64,000 bases of DNA from Escherichia phage SR02: sequence record OQ870566.1; one strand, 5' to 3'. The notes under the pieces are model-generated. The model searched no databases. It was not told the DNA's origin and saw only the letters and a program-made list of their open reading frames with translations. Made by a program: the position numbers and the translations under genes. Shown in pieces: positions 1 through 9,304 of this stretch. Each line of letters begins with the position of its first letter. Position 1 is the stretch's first letter.

Positions 1-548
1 CTCCCCGTTATTCTTTCCCCGTGTATACCATCCTATTCATTAGCTACCCGTTTATTTAGTTCCCCTTTAGAGAGTAAGAGAAAGGCTAGTCACTGATAAT
101 GATTAGATTAAGGCACTATGAATAAGCTAATAATACCCCTAGTTACTACCCCATTCCCCCATAGTTTGAGTGTAAATAGTTTCAATAGTAATGATTATGA
201 GTGCAATAATGATGTATGTATTAATTAAGTGGATAATAGTAATTAACAGTTATTATATTCTTTTTACTCTTTTCTTTTTTTCAGCGTTCTGTTGGTCTTT
301 TTCTTTTATGAGTTAACTAATTATTTAAGTGGTATATTATTACCGCACTATCTTGCTATGTTTCCCCGTGGTCTATCCTGCGGTTGTATACTCCCCGTGT
401 CCTGGTCTGTTGGTCTGTTACCCGTGGTGTTATCGTTAATGTTATAAAGTAACAATAGCTAGTAAGTTGATGCTCTGAGTATGGAAAGTTTAGTAAATTA
501 AATTCCTTTAGTATTCAGTGAGTTATGAAAAAGTTAGAAAATAAATGG
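1..548. repeat. ORF-poor leading region with short direct repeats (CCCCGTG, GTCTGTTGGTCT); possibly genome-end proximal
   Basis: Repeated short motifs at 1-30 and 280-440; no RBS-supported ORF before 621. Confidence 0.3.
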
Positions 549-576
549 TTGACAGGCTTTTCCTTTAATATATAGT
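549..576 (+). promoter_or_regulatory. sigma70-like promoter (TTGACA-16 nt-TATAGT)
   Basis: TTGACA 549-554, TATAGT 571-576, ~45 nt upstream of first gene. Confidence 0.5.
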
Positions 577-620
577 TGCAATCGTATTTTGTAGTTTTCA
601 TCAACCAAAAGGAATATCAA

Positions 621-1493
621 ATGTCTAAAGTAGCAATTAACCACTTGAACAAAGCAAACGAAAGCCTTTCCTCTTTGGGCTTGTCTGTTGGTAGTCCTGA
701 TGCGTGGATGGAAAACGAAAGTGCACGTAAAGGATTCAAAAACTCTGTAATGCTGGCTTGCTTGATCATTAATTCTACTGCGAACGCCTTACAGTGTGAA
801 GATGAAAGCACGTTCAAAGAGAATGGCTTTACCGATATGCAGGACGCTATCAACTGTTACATTCAGGCAAATTTGGATAGCTGGAATCAGAAAGATTGGC
901 CTGAGTCATGCCGTGATGTGAAAGCTGAATTATCCCGCTTGTCTGTCATGGTTGAAGCATGGAATAAGAAAAACAAGAAGCAACCTATCAAGCCTACTGT
1001 TGCAAGTAAGATTATGAAGTCTGTTAATCTGGCAAGTTATGCACTGGTTGCAGCGATCGGTGTTAGTGCACTGGTCACATCTCTTTCTGATAAGGCTGTT
1101 GCTAGTCCTACTCCTGCAACTGATGCGGCTAGTGTCTTCTCTAGTTCCATCAATAAGGGTTGGATGATTTGCAACGGTGCGGATAGTGACGGCAATAATA
1201 CCGTGCTAAAGATGAAATTTAGCAACGTTACTAATGATGGCGTTCTCTTTCAATCTAAAACGTTAGATAATCAGCCTAACAGTGATCTAGTTCTCAAGCG
1301 TACCGATAACGATGCGGATATGGTTACATTTGGCACTGTACAACGTTACGAAGACGTTAAAGCTGTCACCAACCTAGTGAGTTATGGTCCGGTTAATGAG
1401 TCGATGATCGCCACTACTGTTTACAATAATGCCGATAACGCTGTTTATACCGTTCACGTTAATTTAGCCAACTGCATTAAGGCTAGTAAGTAA
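621..1493 (+). CDS. hypothetical early protein with one predicted TM segment
   Basis: ATG 621 with AAGGAA RBS; long ORF; hydrophobic stretch VNLASYALVAAIGVSALVTSL. Confidence 0.6.
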   Translation: MSKVAINHLNKANESLSSLGLSVGSPDAWMENESARKGFKNSVMLACLIINSTANALQCEDESTFKENGFTDMQDAINCYIQANLDSWNQKDWPESCRDVKAELSRLSVMVEAWNKKNKKQPIKPTVASKIMKSVNLASYALVAAIGVSALVTSLSDKAVASPTPATDAASVFSSSINKGWMICNGADSDGNNTVLKMKFSNVTNDGVLFQSKTLDNQPNSDLVLKRTDNDADMVTFGTVQRYEDVKAVTNLVSYGPVNESMIATTVYNNADNAVYTVHVNLANCIKASK

Positions 1494-1519
1494 ATAACCT
1501 ATTTTTGGGAGTGTAAATA

Positions 1520-1786
1520 ATGGCTATTAAAGAAGTTAAATTATCTAACGGTTTTTCTTGTTTTGTTGGTGGAAGCTCTATCCTGTTTAATACACTTGAT
1601 GGTCAGATAACGTTACCTGTTATCACTTTTTGCAGGATGGAATTTCAACCTCTTAAGGATTGGTTAGCCTTTGCTAATTTTGAAATTACCCGTGAAGACT
1701 TCAAATCAATCTATATTGACGGTGATTTGTCACTGGCTAACCTGCTCAACCATGGGCTGAATGGGGATGATATTAATGGGGAATGA
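1520..1786 (+). CDS. hypothetical protein
   Basis: ATG with GGGAG RBS. Confidence 0.5.
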   Translation: MAIKEVKLSNGFSCFVGGSSILFNTLDGQITLPVITFCRMEFQPLKDWLAFANFEITREDFKSIYIDGDLSLANLLNHGLNGDDINGE

Positions 1787-2024
1787 AACTATCGCGTTAA
1801 TTGATACGCATAATTACGGTGGCGTTACGCTATCCTTTGATGAATCAACCGACGTTGGATATTTATCTTTTCTTTCTAAAGGTGAGATACAAACTATCCG
1901 CTTTCCTATTGTTTGTTTGGTGCAAGATTATCTAACTGTTGGGAAGTATTTAGCCCAACGTGGGATTCTTCTGTCGCTGGAAGAAGTGGAACAGGTTAGC
2001 GTAGCATTTTTTTGGCGAGGATAG
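1776..2024 (+). CDS. hypothetical protein
   Basis: Overlaps upstream stop; start choice among three ATGs uncertain. Confidence 0.4.
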   Translation: MGNETIALIDTHNYGGVTLSFDESTDVGYLSFLSKGEIQTIRFPIVCLVQDYLTVGKYLAQRGILLSLEEVEQVSVAFFWRG

Positions 2025-2134
2025 CAACTAGTGATTCATGATTATTTTTGGCGTTGCTTGTTCGTTGTTACAGTGGCGTTATTCGTCGCTGATGTGCTTT
2101 ATTCTTACGTTCTTTAATTAAGAGGTTTATTGCT

Positions 2135-2500
2135 ATGTGGTTTATTAAATTCATCGTTAAAACGGTTGTAGGCTTCTTTCTGGTCGTTCTTCTGTTGGGT
2201 GTCCTGCTATCGGCTATGGGTAGCGTTAAAGCTGCAACGTTTTCCCCTGCTACGGTGGAAGGTTTACAGTGCACCTATTTGATAGAAAACTATTCGACTG
2301 GTAAAAAGTCACCTAAGGTTATTATTTTACATGTAAATGATTTCGATCATGTACAATCATATGATAAAACTATTCAACTGGTAAATGAATCCACTGGTAA
2401 ACAAATCACGGTCGATCACTTGATGCGCTCATCGTTAACGCTCTTTGATGAGTCCATGAATGAAATGGCATCCGGTTTAGGTCAATGTGTAAATCCATAG
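2135..2500 (+). CDS. small membrane protein (N-terminal TM)
   Basis: AAGAGG RBS; N-terminal hydrophobic segment FFLVVLLLGVLL. Confidence 0.55.
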   Translation: MWFIKFIVKTVVGFFLVVLLLGVLLSAMGSVKAATFSPATVEGLQCTYLIENYSTGKKSPKVIILHVNDFDHVQSYDKTIQLVNESTGKQITVDHLMRSSLTLFDESMNEMASGLGQCVNP

Positions 2501-2576
2501 GCTTAATCTTTCTCCTTTATTGTGCCGTAGTCATGCCTATGGTCATAATTTATCTGATTCTCTAAATCCTTCCTGT

Positions 2577-2602
2577 AAGCCTCCTAGTGAGGCTTTTCTC
2601 TT
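2577..2602 (+). terminator. rho-independent terminator
   Basis: AAGCCTC/GAGGCTT hairpin followed by TTTTCTCTTTT. Confidence 0.55.
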
Positions 2603-2804
2603 TTATAGGGTGATTGTATTCCTTACTCCCTTTTAGCTCGTTGTGATGCGTTACAGGCCGTTAAATGGTGCTTTACAAGCCTTTTCCTACGATGTATCAC
2701 GCGCGCCCGTTCCTTTACCTCCTGATTTCTTCCGGTGTCCTATCAACAATAAAATAAATTCCTTTATAAAACAGTGAGATATAAAATAATTTGAAAAAAG
2801 GGTA

Positions 2805-2832
2805 TTGACAGGGTTTTCCTGTATAGTAATAT
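2805..2832 (+). promoter_or_regulatory. sigma70-like promoter (TTGACA-16-TAATAT) with A-rich upstream
   Basis: Consensus -35 at 2805-2810, -10 at 2827-2832; no ORF downstream. Confidence 0.5.
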
Positions 2833-3010
2833 GAATCCCGTAGTAAGCAGTAAGTAACAACAAGTAGTAAAAACTCCTCGATAGGTGATTAGCATCACGG
2901 TAAAAGGCTTCAACGGGGAGCGGTAGGAATACCGACAGTAAGACGCACAATGAAAGTGCTACGCTCTTTAAAAATCAGGCTAGAAAGTGAAAATATTCTT
3001 AAAAAGAGTA

Positions 3011-3039
3011 TTGACACCGAAAACAGCCTGATTCATAAT
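3011..3039 (+). promoter_or_regulatory. sigma70-like promoter (TTGACA-17-CATAAT)
   Basis: Near-identical ~50 nt unit to the promoter at 3462. Confidence 0.55.
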
Positions 3040-3461
3040 AAGCACTCAGTCAGCGATGACTTAAAACATCCCCGCTCTTTAAAAACTTATCATCTTGCCC
3101 TTTCGCAAAGATACACGCGAGATAAGGGAAAAGAATAAAAGAAGATGATAAAAAAGAGATTGCAAACGTGGTTAAGATAGTCCATACTAACCACAAGTTA
3201 ACAAAACAACGTTAACTAGTTCCCAAATCAACGTATCGCGGGAAAGGTGGCACATAGTGCGGCGAGTAGTTCAGGGTTAGGCGTCCTGTTAATGAATCAG
3301 TAAGCCTTCAATGCCATAGTGATTAGCAGACACTTTAAAAGGCTAACGCTCTTTAACAATATGAATCATAAGTTAAGCCTCACCGCTTAATCTTCAACCC
3401 AATAAAGCGGGTTGATATATCCTCCCAATAGCGGGAACGACGAAAAAAGATTAAAAAGTGG

Positions 3462-3490
3462 TTGACAGCGAAAACAACATGATTCATACT
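3462..3490 (+). promoter_or_regulatory. sigma70-like promoter (TTGACA-17-CATACT)
   Basis: Paralogous to the 3011 unit (AAAAAG.G.TTGACA.CGAAAACA.C.TGATTCATA). Confidence 0.55.
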
Positions 3491-4414
3491 GAGCACTCAC
3501 TAAGCAAATCACCGCTTCAGTGAAAAGCGTAACAACGGCTAACAGTTGCATAGTGTGAGAAAGCACACTGATAGATTTACCGCTCTTTAATAATTTAAAC
3601 ATTCTCCTATATCGGTTGATTATGTTAGATGATAATAACCATCGGATAACATACCAGATAAAACGGTGTAAGATTCTCTAAACTATCAGAGAAAACAATC
3701 TTACAATCCCTTACCGGAAACGTCACCACTGATAAACGGATTCATTGAGTACACGCAACGACTGAAGCTAATCGCCCACGGTTAAGGGTAGCGGCGGTCA
3801 TCGCTAACAAGGTGCTACAGTGAAAGAAGTTAATCAGGGTAGACAAGCCCGACGAATTAACGCTCAATTGAGAGCGGCGGTGAATGGTTAAAAAGTGGCA
3901 AATTGCTATTTAACAATAAGGTTTAGTGTGAACGTTTACGATGTGAACGGCTTGAGATTCATCACAAGATGAAAGTACATAGTCGGTTTATGTAGTAAAC
4001 TTGCCGAAAGATATAAAACGTCAGAACATTAGACGGTCAATGACTCTTTCACAATAGCATCCCGTTGTGGGCGATGGCTAGTGATTGAGAGTTGATACAA
4101 AAGGATAGGCGAGAGCGAAAGCAAAGTAGACGATATTGCCGACGGTTACAATAAACGTAACTAATTAGAGTCGGACGCACTGCCTTATTGTGATGATTGA
4201 TCATCGCTATCAGGTCGGCTTCGTTTATAGCGACTAATTAAAGATACCAGATGAAACATCACGGATAAGGGGGCGGCAAGGTTAACTCCTGATAAGACCG
4301 CCCCGCTTACCTATAACTACTTAACAACGAGTGGTTATAGTTAAGTTAATAGTGACTTAAACAAGCTCATAGAGAGCGGGGCAATAGCGCCCTTACAATT
4401 GAAAGGTGAATATC

Positions 4415-5314
4415 ATGGCTAAAATCTTTACTCTGGTTAACGAATCCGGTTTTAATGCTCTGGCTAACAACATTCGCAGTAATAACGCGGCGATCAAACA
4501 AGATGTTTCTAACTTCCTGTTAGGGCACTTACAGCACTTCCGCAGTAATGGTAAGAAGTTAGATGTATTGCAGGCGGCGGTTGACTTCCTGTTAACCGAA
4601 CGTTTCCGTGATATGGATGTTATTGCTACCTCAATTACTTTCTTAACTCCTATCAAGTTTAACACCGATGCGGCAAATGGTCGTAAAAAGTGGATTAATC
4701 TGGAAGGTGAGGCGAAAGCTAAAGAAGACGCGAAAGAAGCGCAAATTAAAACCAAAATGGAACAAAACCGCGCTCGATGGTCAAATGCTTTCGAAAACTT
4801 TGCTTTAGGCCGTGAAATTGAAGTTGATAACCCTAACTTCTACAAGGGTTGCAATGACAACGTGGCGGCACACCTGCAAATCCCGGCGAAAAACAAGGAA
4901 GATTTTAACCAAGATATTTACTCTTTAGTTGAACGCTTGAATGCAATCCGTATCGAAGCCAAATTGCTGGCTGATGAGCGAAACGGCGCAACTAGTGATA
5001 ACACTATCGCCCTGAGTGAAGAAGTTGGCAAGGTTAAAAAGTCCTTTGATTCACTCATCAAGAAAGTAACGGCCTCGACGGTAGCGATCTCAGACGATTA
5101 TCTGATGAACGCATCAAGCAAGGAGCTGGAATCACTCGATTCATACGCTGATGAAATGGAAAAAGCTGTTACAGCTATGCAGGAGAAGTTAGAGAGTCTG
5201 CGCGGTCGTATCTCTTCAACGGTTGCTACCCGTACCGAACAAGCGGCTAAAGAAGAAGAGGAAGAAGTATTGCGCAAGGCAGCTGAAATTATGGCGGCAC
5301 GTCAGGCAGCATAA
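4415..5314 (+). CDS. hypothetical protein, charged coiled-coil-like C-terminus
   Basis: ATG 4415 with GAAAGGTG RBS; 299 aa. Confidence 0.6.
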   Translation: MAKIFTLVNESGFNALANNIRSNNAAIKQDVSNFLLGHLQHFRSNGKKLDVLQAAVDFLLTERFRDMDVIATSITFLTPIKFNTDAANGRKKWINLEGEAKAKEDAKEAQIKTKMEQNRARWSNAFENFALGREIEVDNPNFYKGCNDNVAAHLQIPAKNKEDFNQDIYSLVERLNAIRIEAKLLADERNGATSDNTIALSEEVGKVKKSFDSLIKKVTASTVAISDDYLMNASSKELESLDSYADEMEKAVTAMQEKLESLRGRISSTVATRTEQAAKEEEEEVLRKAAEIMAARQAA

Positions 5315-5337
5315 GTAAGATAATTCAAATAAGCATA

Positions 5338-5372
5338 AGGCGCTATCTTAACGGGTAGCGCCTTTTCTTTTA
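5338..5372 (+). terminator. rho-independent terminator
   Basis: GGCGCTA..TAGCGCC hairpin + TTTTCTTTT. Confidence 0.6.
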
Positions 5373-5425
5373 TCAGTGCATTGATTCAGTGCATTAATCA
5401 AAGAATCCAATCAAAGGTGACGATC

Positions 5426-5644
5426 ATGTTAATTACACATACCACGATTTATCGGAATCTTGTCAACGGTCAACATTACCGACTATCTAAAAAGTATGGC
5501 GTTGAATGTAAATGTGTTATTACCGGTGAATGGTATCCGTCGCCAATGAAGATTGAAACGTTGGAACGTGAAGCGATCAGCTATATTATCACGCAAGAAA
5601 CAACGCTAGGCCGTGTCTTAAGAAAGTTGGGATTAAGAAAATGA
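5426..5644 (+). CDS. hypothetical small protein
   Basis: ATG with AAGGTGA RBS. Confidence 0.4.
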   Translation: MLITHTTIYRNLVNGQHYRLSKKYGVECKCVITGEWYPSPMKIETLEREAISYIITQETTLGRVLRKLGLRK

Positions 5645-5865
5645 TATTCAGTAATAATTTTGGCAAGTGTCCTATTTGTGAGAAACATCGCAGCACGGGA
5701 AACCATCGCAAATGTAGTAAGATATTACAGCGCCAACGTGATAACAATCATTGGGATACTGTACACACTAACCAGCGTAAAGAAGAAGTTAGGAAAATGG
5801 CTGTTAAAGCGTCATTTGCTCAATCCACCCGTATTGAACACATTCAAAGGTATCAAGCATCATGA
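5641..5865 (+). CDS. hypothetical Cys/His-containing small protein
   Basis: ATGA overlap coupling; CPICEKH motif. Confidence 0.4.
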   Translation: MIFSNNFGKCPICEKHRSTGNHRKCSKILQRQRDNNHWDTVHTNQRKEEVRKMAVKASFAQSTRIEHIQRYQAS

Positions 5866-6071
5866 TCACTAATATTTCAGAGTTTAAGAAAGCTCCCTCT
5901 CGTCTGTTAGGCCGTCGTGTAGTGTATCTTTATAGCAATAAAGGTAAATGTACAACCGGACGAATCACAACAGTAAGCAGTATCAACAAAAAACTATTGC
6001 AATTAAGCGTAGTTATGGACGATGGTACAATCCTGCTACGTAGTTGGAAATCGTTCGGTTTACTTGATTAA
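5862..6071 (+). CDS. hypothetical small protein
   Basis: ATGA overlap with upstream ORF. Confidence 0.4.
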   Translation: MITNISEFKKAPSRLLGRRVVYLYSNKGKCTTGRITTVSSINKKLLQLSVVMDDGTILLRSWKSFGLLD

Positions 6072-6140
6072 GTTATTTGTTCAAGCCTGTCGCCTTGATG
6101 GGCTTGCCCGATATAATTTATCACTGAAAGGAATAAGATT

Positions 6141-6584
6141 GTGGCTAAATCTAAAATCAGCATGAAGGGCGGGCGTTGTTTTGCTATCTCTGAACTAGAG
6201 AAAGAGAAACCGAAGGCAACTAATCACGTCAGTAAGCGTAGTTTAAAACGTCGTGCTGCAAAAGCTGAGGCTGAATCCCATGTCCCTTCCAGTGTGGCAA
6301 AACGTGTAGGTCATCGTGTCCATCGTGCTGATGCGTTGTTGTTAGCTGATCATAAACGTTCTTTGTTACAGAGCGGGGGCGCTAAAACAGAAGAAGAGAA
6401 GAAGTTAGAAATCTTCTGTAATGGTCGCACCCGTGGTAAACAGAAGTTTAAAGGTAGCACGAAAGACCCGCAAGCATTCCCTAAGACAAGTCAGTGTGCA
6501 CCTGATGTTTTCTACGCAGATAGTAAACACAAGTGGGGCGTTGAAAAATACATTGACCCCATCAAGGAGGCAAGGGTTAAGTAG
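6141..6584 (+). CDS. basic hypothetical protein
   Basis: GTG start with AAAGGA RBS; Lys/Arg-rich. Confidence 0.45.
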   Translation: MAKSKISMKGGRCFAISELEKEKPKATNHVSKRSLKRRAAKAEAESHVPSSVAKRVGHRVHRADALLLADHKRSLLQSGGAKTEEEKKLEIFCNGRTRGKQKFKGSTKDPQAFPKTSQCAPDVFYADSKHKWGVEKYIDPIKEARVK

Positions 6585-6664
6585 TAGGAATATAGCCCCC
6601 TCTTTTAGTACTATGACGCTCTTTCTGTAGCGTCGTGCCCTCTCCCCATTTGAAGCTTCCGCAT

Positions 6665-6687
6665 AGCCGCCTTTGAGCGGCTTTTTG
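6665..6687 (+). terminator. rho-independent terminator
   Basis: AGCCGC/GCGGCT hairpin + TTTTT. Confidence 0.55.
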
Positions 6688-6748
6688 CGTTGCTGTAAGT
6701 GCATTTGCGAGTGTATTTATAGCAACGGTCATGTGTTGCTTTCAGGTT

Positions 6749-6777
6749 TGCCCCGGCTACGGCTGGGGCTTTTTTTG
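6749..6777 (+). terminator. rho-independent terminator or leader attenuator
   Basis: GCCCCGGC..GCTGGGGC hairpin + TTTTTTT, 25 nt upstream of the HTH gene. Confidence 0.55.
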
Positions 6778-6801
6778 TATCTATTGTATAGGGAATTTTC
6801 T

Positions 6802-7101
6802 ATGAAAAACCCATTCGAGTTGATAAGTACAGACCCTGTAGAAATCAACATGCTTTCATTGAAGTCCAAGCTGATCATTATTCTTACGGAGTTGATCCGT
6901 GAGCAGGGGTGGTCACAACGTGTCGCAGCAGAGAAGCTAGGTGTTAGCCAGCCAAGGATTAGTAACCTTATGAATGGACAGCTTTCAAAGTTCTCCGTCG
7001 ATATGTTGTTGGAAATGGTTTTCAAGATGGGGTATAAGCTGGACATGAACTTCACTCCACTAAACACCAAGTCGCCACTGGCAATATTTGTAAAAAAGTG
7101 A
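6802..7101 (+). CDS. XRE-family helix-turn-helix DNA-binding protein (HigA/antitoxin-like fold)
   Basis: Motif QRVAAEKLGVSQPRISNLMNG typical of XRE HTH; ATG with RBS. Confidence 0.7.
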   Translation: MKNPFELISTDPVEINMLSLKSKLIIILTELIREQGWSQRVAAEKLGVSQPRISNLMNGQLSKFSVDMLLEMVFKMGYKLDMNFTPLNTKSPLAIFVKK

Positions 7102-7232
7102 TTGTGTAAGTTACAAATAGTAAGATAACACCTATTCCGAAAGAGTAGGTGTTTCTATAAACATCTTTTCGAGGGTGTTTATGGAAACAACAAAACAGGA
7201 GGTAGCAAGTTCTGATAACAACGGCCCAGCTA

Positions 7233-7622
7233 ATGTTGACATTGACTATTTATTATGAGGCAGGGAATCAGCCAACCGCATGTAAAGCTATGGTTGCGGA
7301 TACCGTGATAAATAGAATGGCCCAACGAAAACTGACCGCTGAACAGGTGATAAGACAAAAGAACCAGTTTGAGTGGATTCCGGTACTATTAAAACAGGAG
7401 AAACCTTATAAACGTTATGTAAAGCTGATTCGTGATAAAAATCCGATGACTAAGCAGGCCATTGGAGAAAGCGAGCGACTTGCTAAACGTGCCCTTAAAA
7501 AGAATTATGTTCCGCTGTACAGTGGGACTTACTTTCAGAGTAAGAGCGAAGGGGTGCCAAAATGGTATGCCAATCCTATGTATTGTGGTGATTTAGTGTT
7601 CGATAATAGCTCTAGGGAATAA
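7233..7622 (+). CDS. cell wall hydrolase, SleB/CwlJ-like
   Basis: IYYEAGNQ...AVADTVINRM...QFEWIP pattern matches SleB-type hydrolase core; weak RBS. Confidence 0.55.
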   Translation: MLTLTIYYEAGNQPTACKAMVADTVINRMAQRKLTAEQVIRQKNQFEWIPVLLKQEKPYKRYVKLIRDKNPMTKQAIGESERLAKRALKKNYVPLYSGTYFQSKSEGVPKWYANPMYCGDLVFDNSSRE

Positions 7623-7821
7623 TCACTAGTGCCAGATTTGACAAACTAAATTCCTTTATAAACCAACCACTTAGTAAATTTATTGAAAAAGATGGTAGTA
7701 TTCTGGGACTATGGGTAATGCTCTGTATATAGACCCTTTGAAAATTTCTTAGAAAATAAGTTTACTAAATATAACTTACTTAAATAATATTACTTTTAAT
7801 CTCTGATAAAGGGTAAATAAT

Positions 7822-8118
7822 ATGACTTTAGAGGTATATAAATTCCTTTTTGTACTCTGTTTAACTGTCAGCGTTCTAGGATTTATTGTTCTAAGAAACA
7901 AAGCAGCAAGCTGGGAGAGAATGTATAAATCTCTAGTCCGAGTGGATGAGATGTATAATGAGAAAGTTAAAGCAACTCTTAACGATCTTATTATGCAAGT
8001 TGAAGACAGAAACAAACGTCTTCAGAATCTCAACCACGAAGTGTTACGCCTTGCTCGTGCTAACGAAGACTTGCGAGTGGCGATTGCTAAGCAGCAGGAG
8101 ATTAACAGTGAAAGTTAA
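7822..8118 (+). CDS. membrane-anchored coiled-coil protein
   Basis: N-terminal TM (FLFVLCLTVSVLGFIVL) then heptad-like region. Confidence 0.5.
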   Translation: MTLEVYKFLFVLCLTVSVLGFIVLRNKAASWERMYKSLVRVDEMYNEKVKATLNDLIMQVEDRNKRLQNLNHEVLRLARANEDLRVAIAKQQEINSES

Positions 8119-8155
8119 TATCATATCTGACCGATCTATTATACGTTTGAATAAC

Positions 8156-8341
8156 ATGAAGCCTGGGCTTTTATTCTCTTTAAAAGATACGCTTTATATT
8201 CGAACCAATTCAACTACTGAAAACTATGTGAAGTGTGTCAATGTTATTAGTGGAACCTTACAACCTTTAGATAAGGATGCAATTTGCTGGGTAAGGGATG
8301 ACCTTCACATAACCAATATAGAGGCTAAAGATGAAGATTGA
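8156..8341 (+). CDS. small protein, member of multi-copy paralog family
   Basis: Shares G-D-x-F ... V-x-L-S/T-G pattern with 8331, 8590, 12308, 12559, 12804, 13520. Confidence 0.4.
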   Translation: MKPGLLFSLKDTLYIRTNSTTENYVKCVNVISGTLQPLDKDAICWVRDDLHITNIEAKDED

Positions 8342-8585
8342 TCTTAAGGTAAATGAACCCTCTCTGTGTGTTGGTGATCTTAAACTTGGAGATGTATTCC
8401 AAATAAGGGAAACACGAGCAGATTTCTACATGGTTGTTCAACTGTTTAGGTCACAGGTTGAGGAGACTAAACCTTCTGATGGTGGTTGTGTCGTCCTCAG
8501 TCTAACAAACAAGCAAGTCCTTAAGCTCAGCCCAAAAAGTAAGGTTGTTCTTCTTCATAACGTTGTAATTACCAATAAAGGGTAA
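8331..8585 (+). CDS. small protein, paralog family member
   Basis: LKLGDVFQI ... VVLSLTNK; RBS present. Confidence 0.5.
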   Translation: MKIDLKVNEPSLCVGDLKLGDVFQIRETRADFYMVVQLFRSQVEETKPSDGGCVVLSLTNKQVLKLSPKSKVVLLHNVVITNKG

Positions 8586-8589
8586 GTAG

Positions 8590-8805
8590 ATGGAAATTAA
8601 AGTATCTGAACACAAGTATGCAAACATAGAAGATATTAAGAGTGGTGATGTCTTCTCTTACGATAAACGTTTCTGGCTGATGCTAGATGATGATCTCTCT
8701 AATGGACTACGTAGGGCTGCTGATCTAAGCACCGGTCATGTTGGTAACTTCAACCCATCATCCACTGTTATGCCTCGTCCTGATTTGCATTTGACTCAAA
8801 AGTAA
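8590..8805 (+). CDS. small protein, paralog family member
   Basis: IKSGDVFSY ... ADLSTGHV; RBS present. Confidence 0.5.
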   Translation: MEIKVSEHKYANIEDIKSGDVFSYDKRFWLMLDDDLSNGLRRAADLSTGHVGNFNPSSTVMPRPDLHLTQK

Positions 8806-9163
8806 CACCGACTTATAGCCCTTGTGTCTATCAGAGGGCTATGTGAGGGTGTTCCTCATTAACTTATTAATTCAGGCATATGCCACACCGCTAGGGAGAG
8901 CTTGCTCAAACATCCGGTGCTAGACTAAAACCTGTTAATTTTCGAAAGACTTTCTGATATGTAGGGGTACATATTAGTTTGGGATTCAGGAGACTTCCTA
9001 GGGGTAGGGAGTCTTCACCAGTTGGAATAAGAGATAGCTCTAGAACCTGAACTCTTAGGCAGAGAAGGTCGGCAATGAGTACGCGGTCAGGATTAGTCTA
9101 CTGACTAGGGCTATCCCTTATATCAACTGGCAATAATGCCTCCACTAACAAAGAGAGATAGGT

Positions 9164-9304
9164 ATGAAAGTATCAACCAAACGTATGAACCGCCCTGAAC
9201 GTATGGATGCAGTAGCTAACGGTGCTCTGAAACTGGAAGGCTTCTGGATTCATGCAATGTCAGCCATCCGTAGTAAGCAAGGTAATTGGACATATAACAG
9301 TTAA
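9164..9304 (+). CDS. hypothetical 46-aa protein
   Basis: ATG with GAGATAGGT RBS; below ORF-track size cut-off. Confidence 0.35.
   Translation: MKVSTKRMNRPERMDAVANGALKLEGFWIHAMSAIRSKQGNWTYNS

Noticed and set aside
2950-3138. 62-aa ORF in the ORF track inside the non-coding leader
   Set aside because: No RBS, spans a consensus promoter (3011-3039) and the repeated CGCTCTTTAA boxes; more likely non-coding
2687-3602. Minus-strand ORFs 2687-2950 and 3387-3602 in the leader
   Set aside because: No RBS, antisense to a promoter array, low-complexity products
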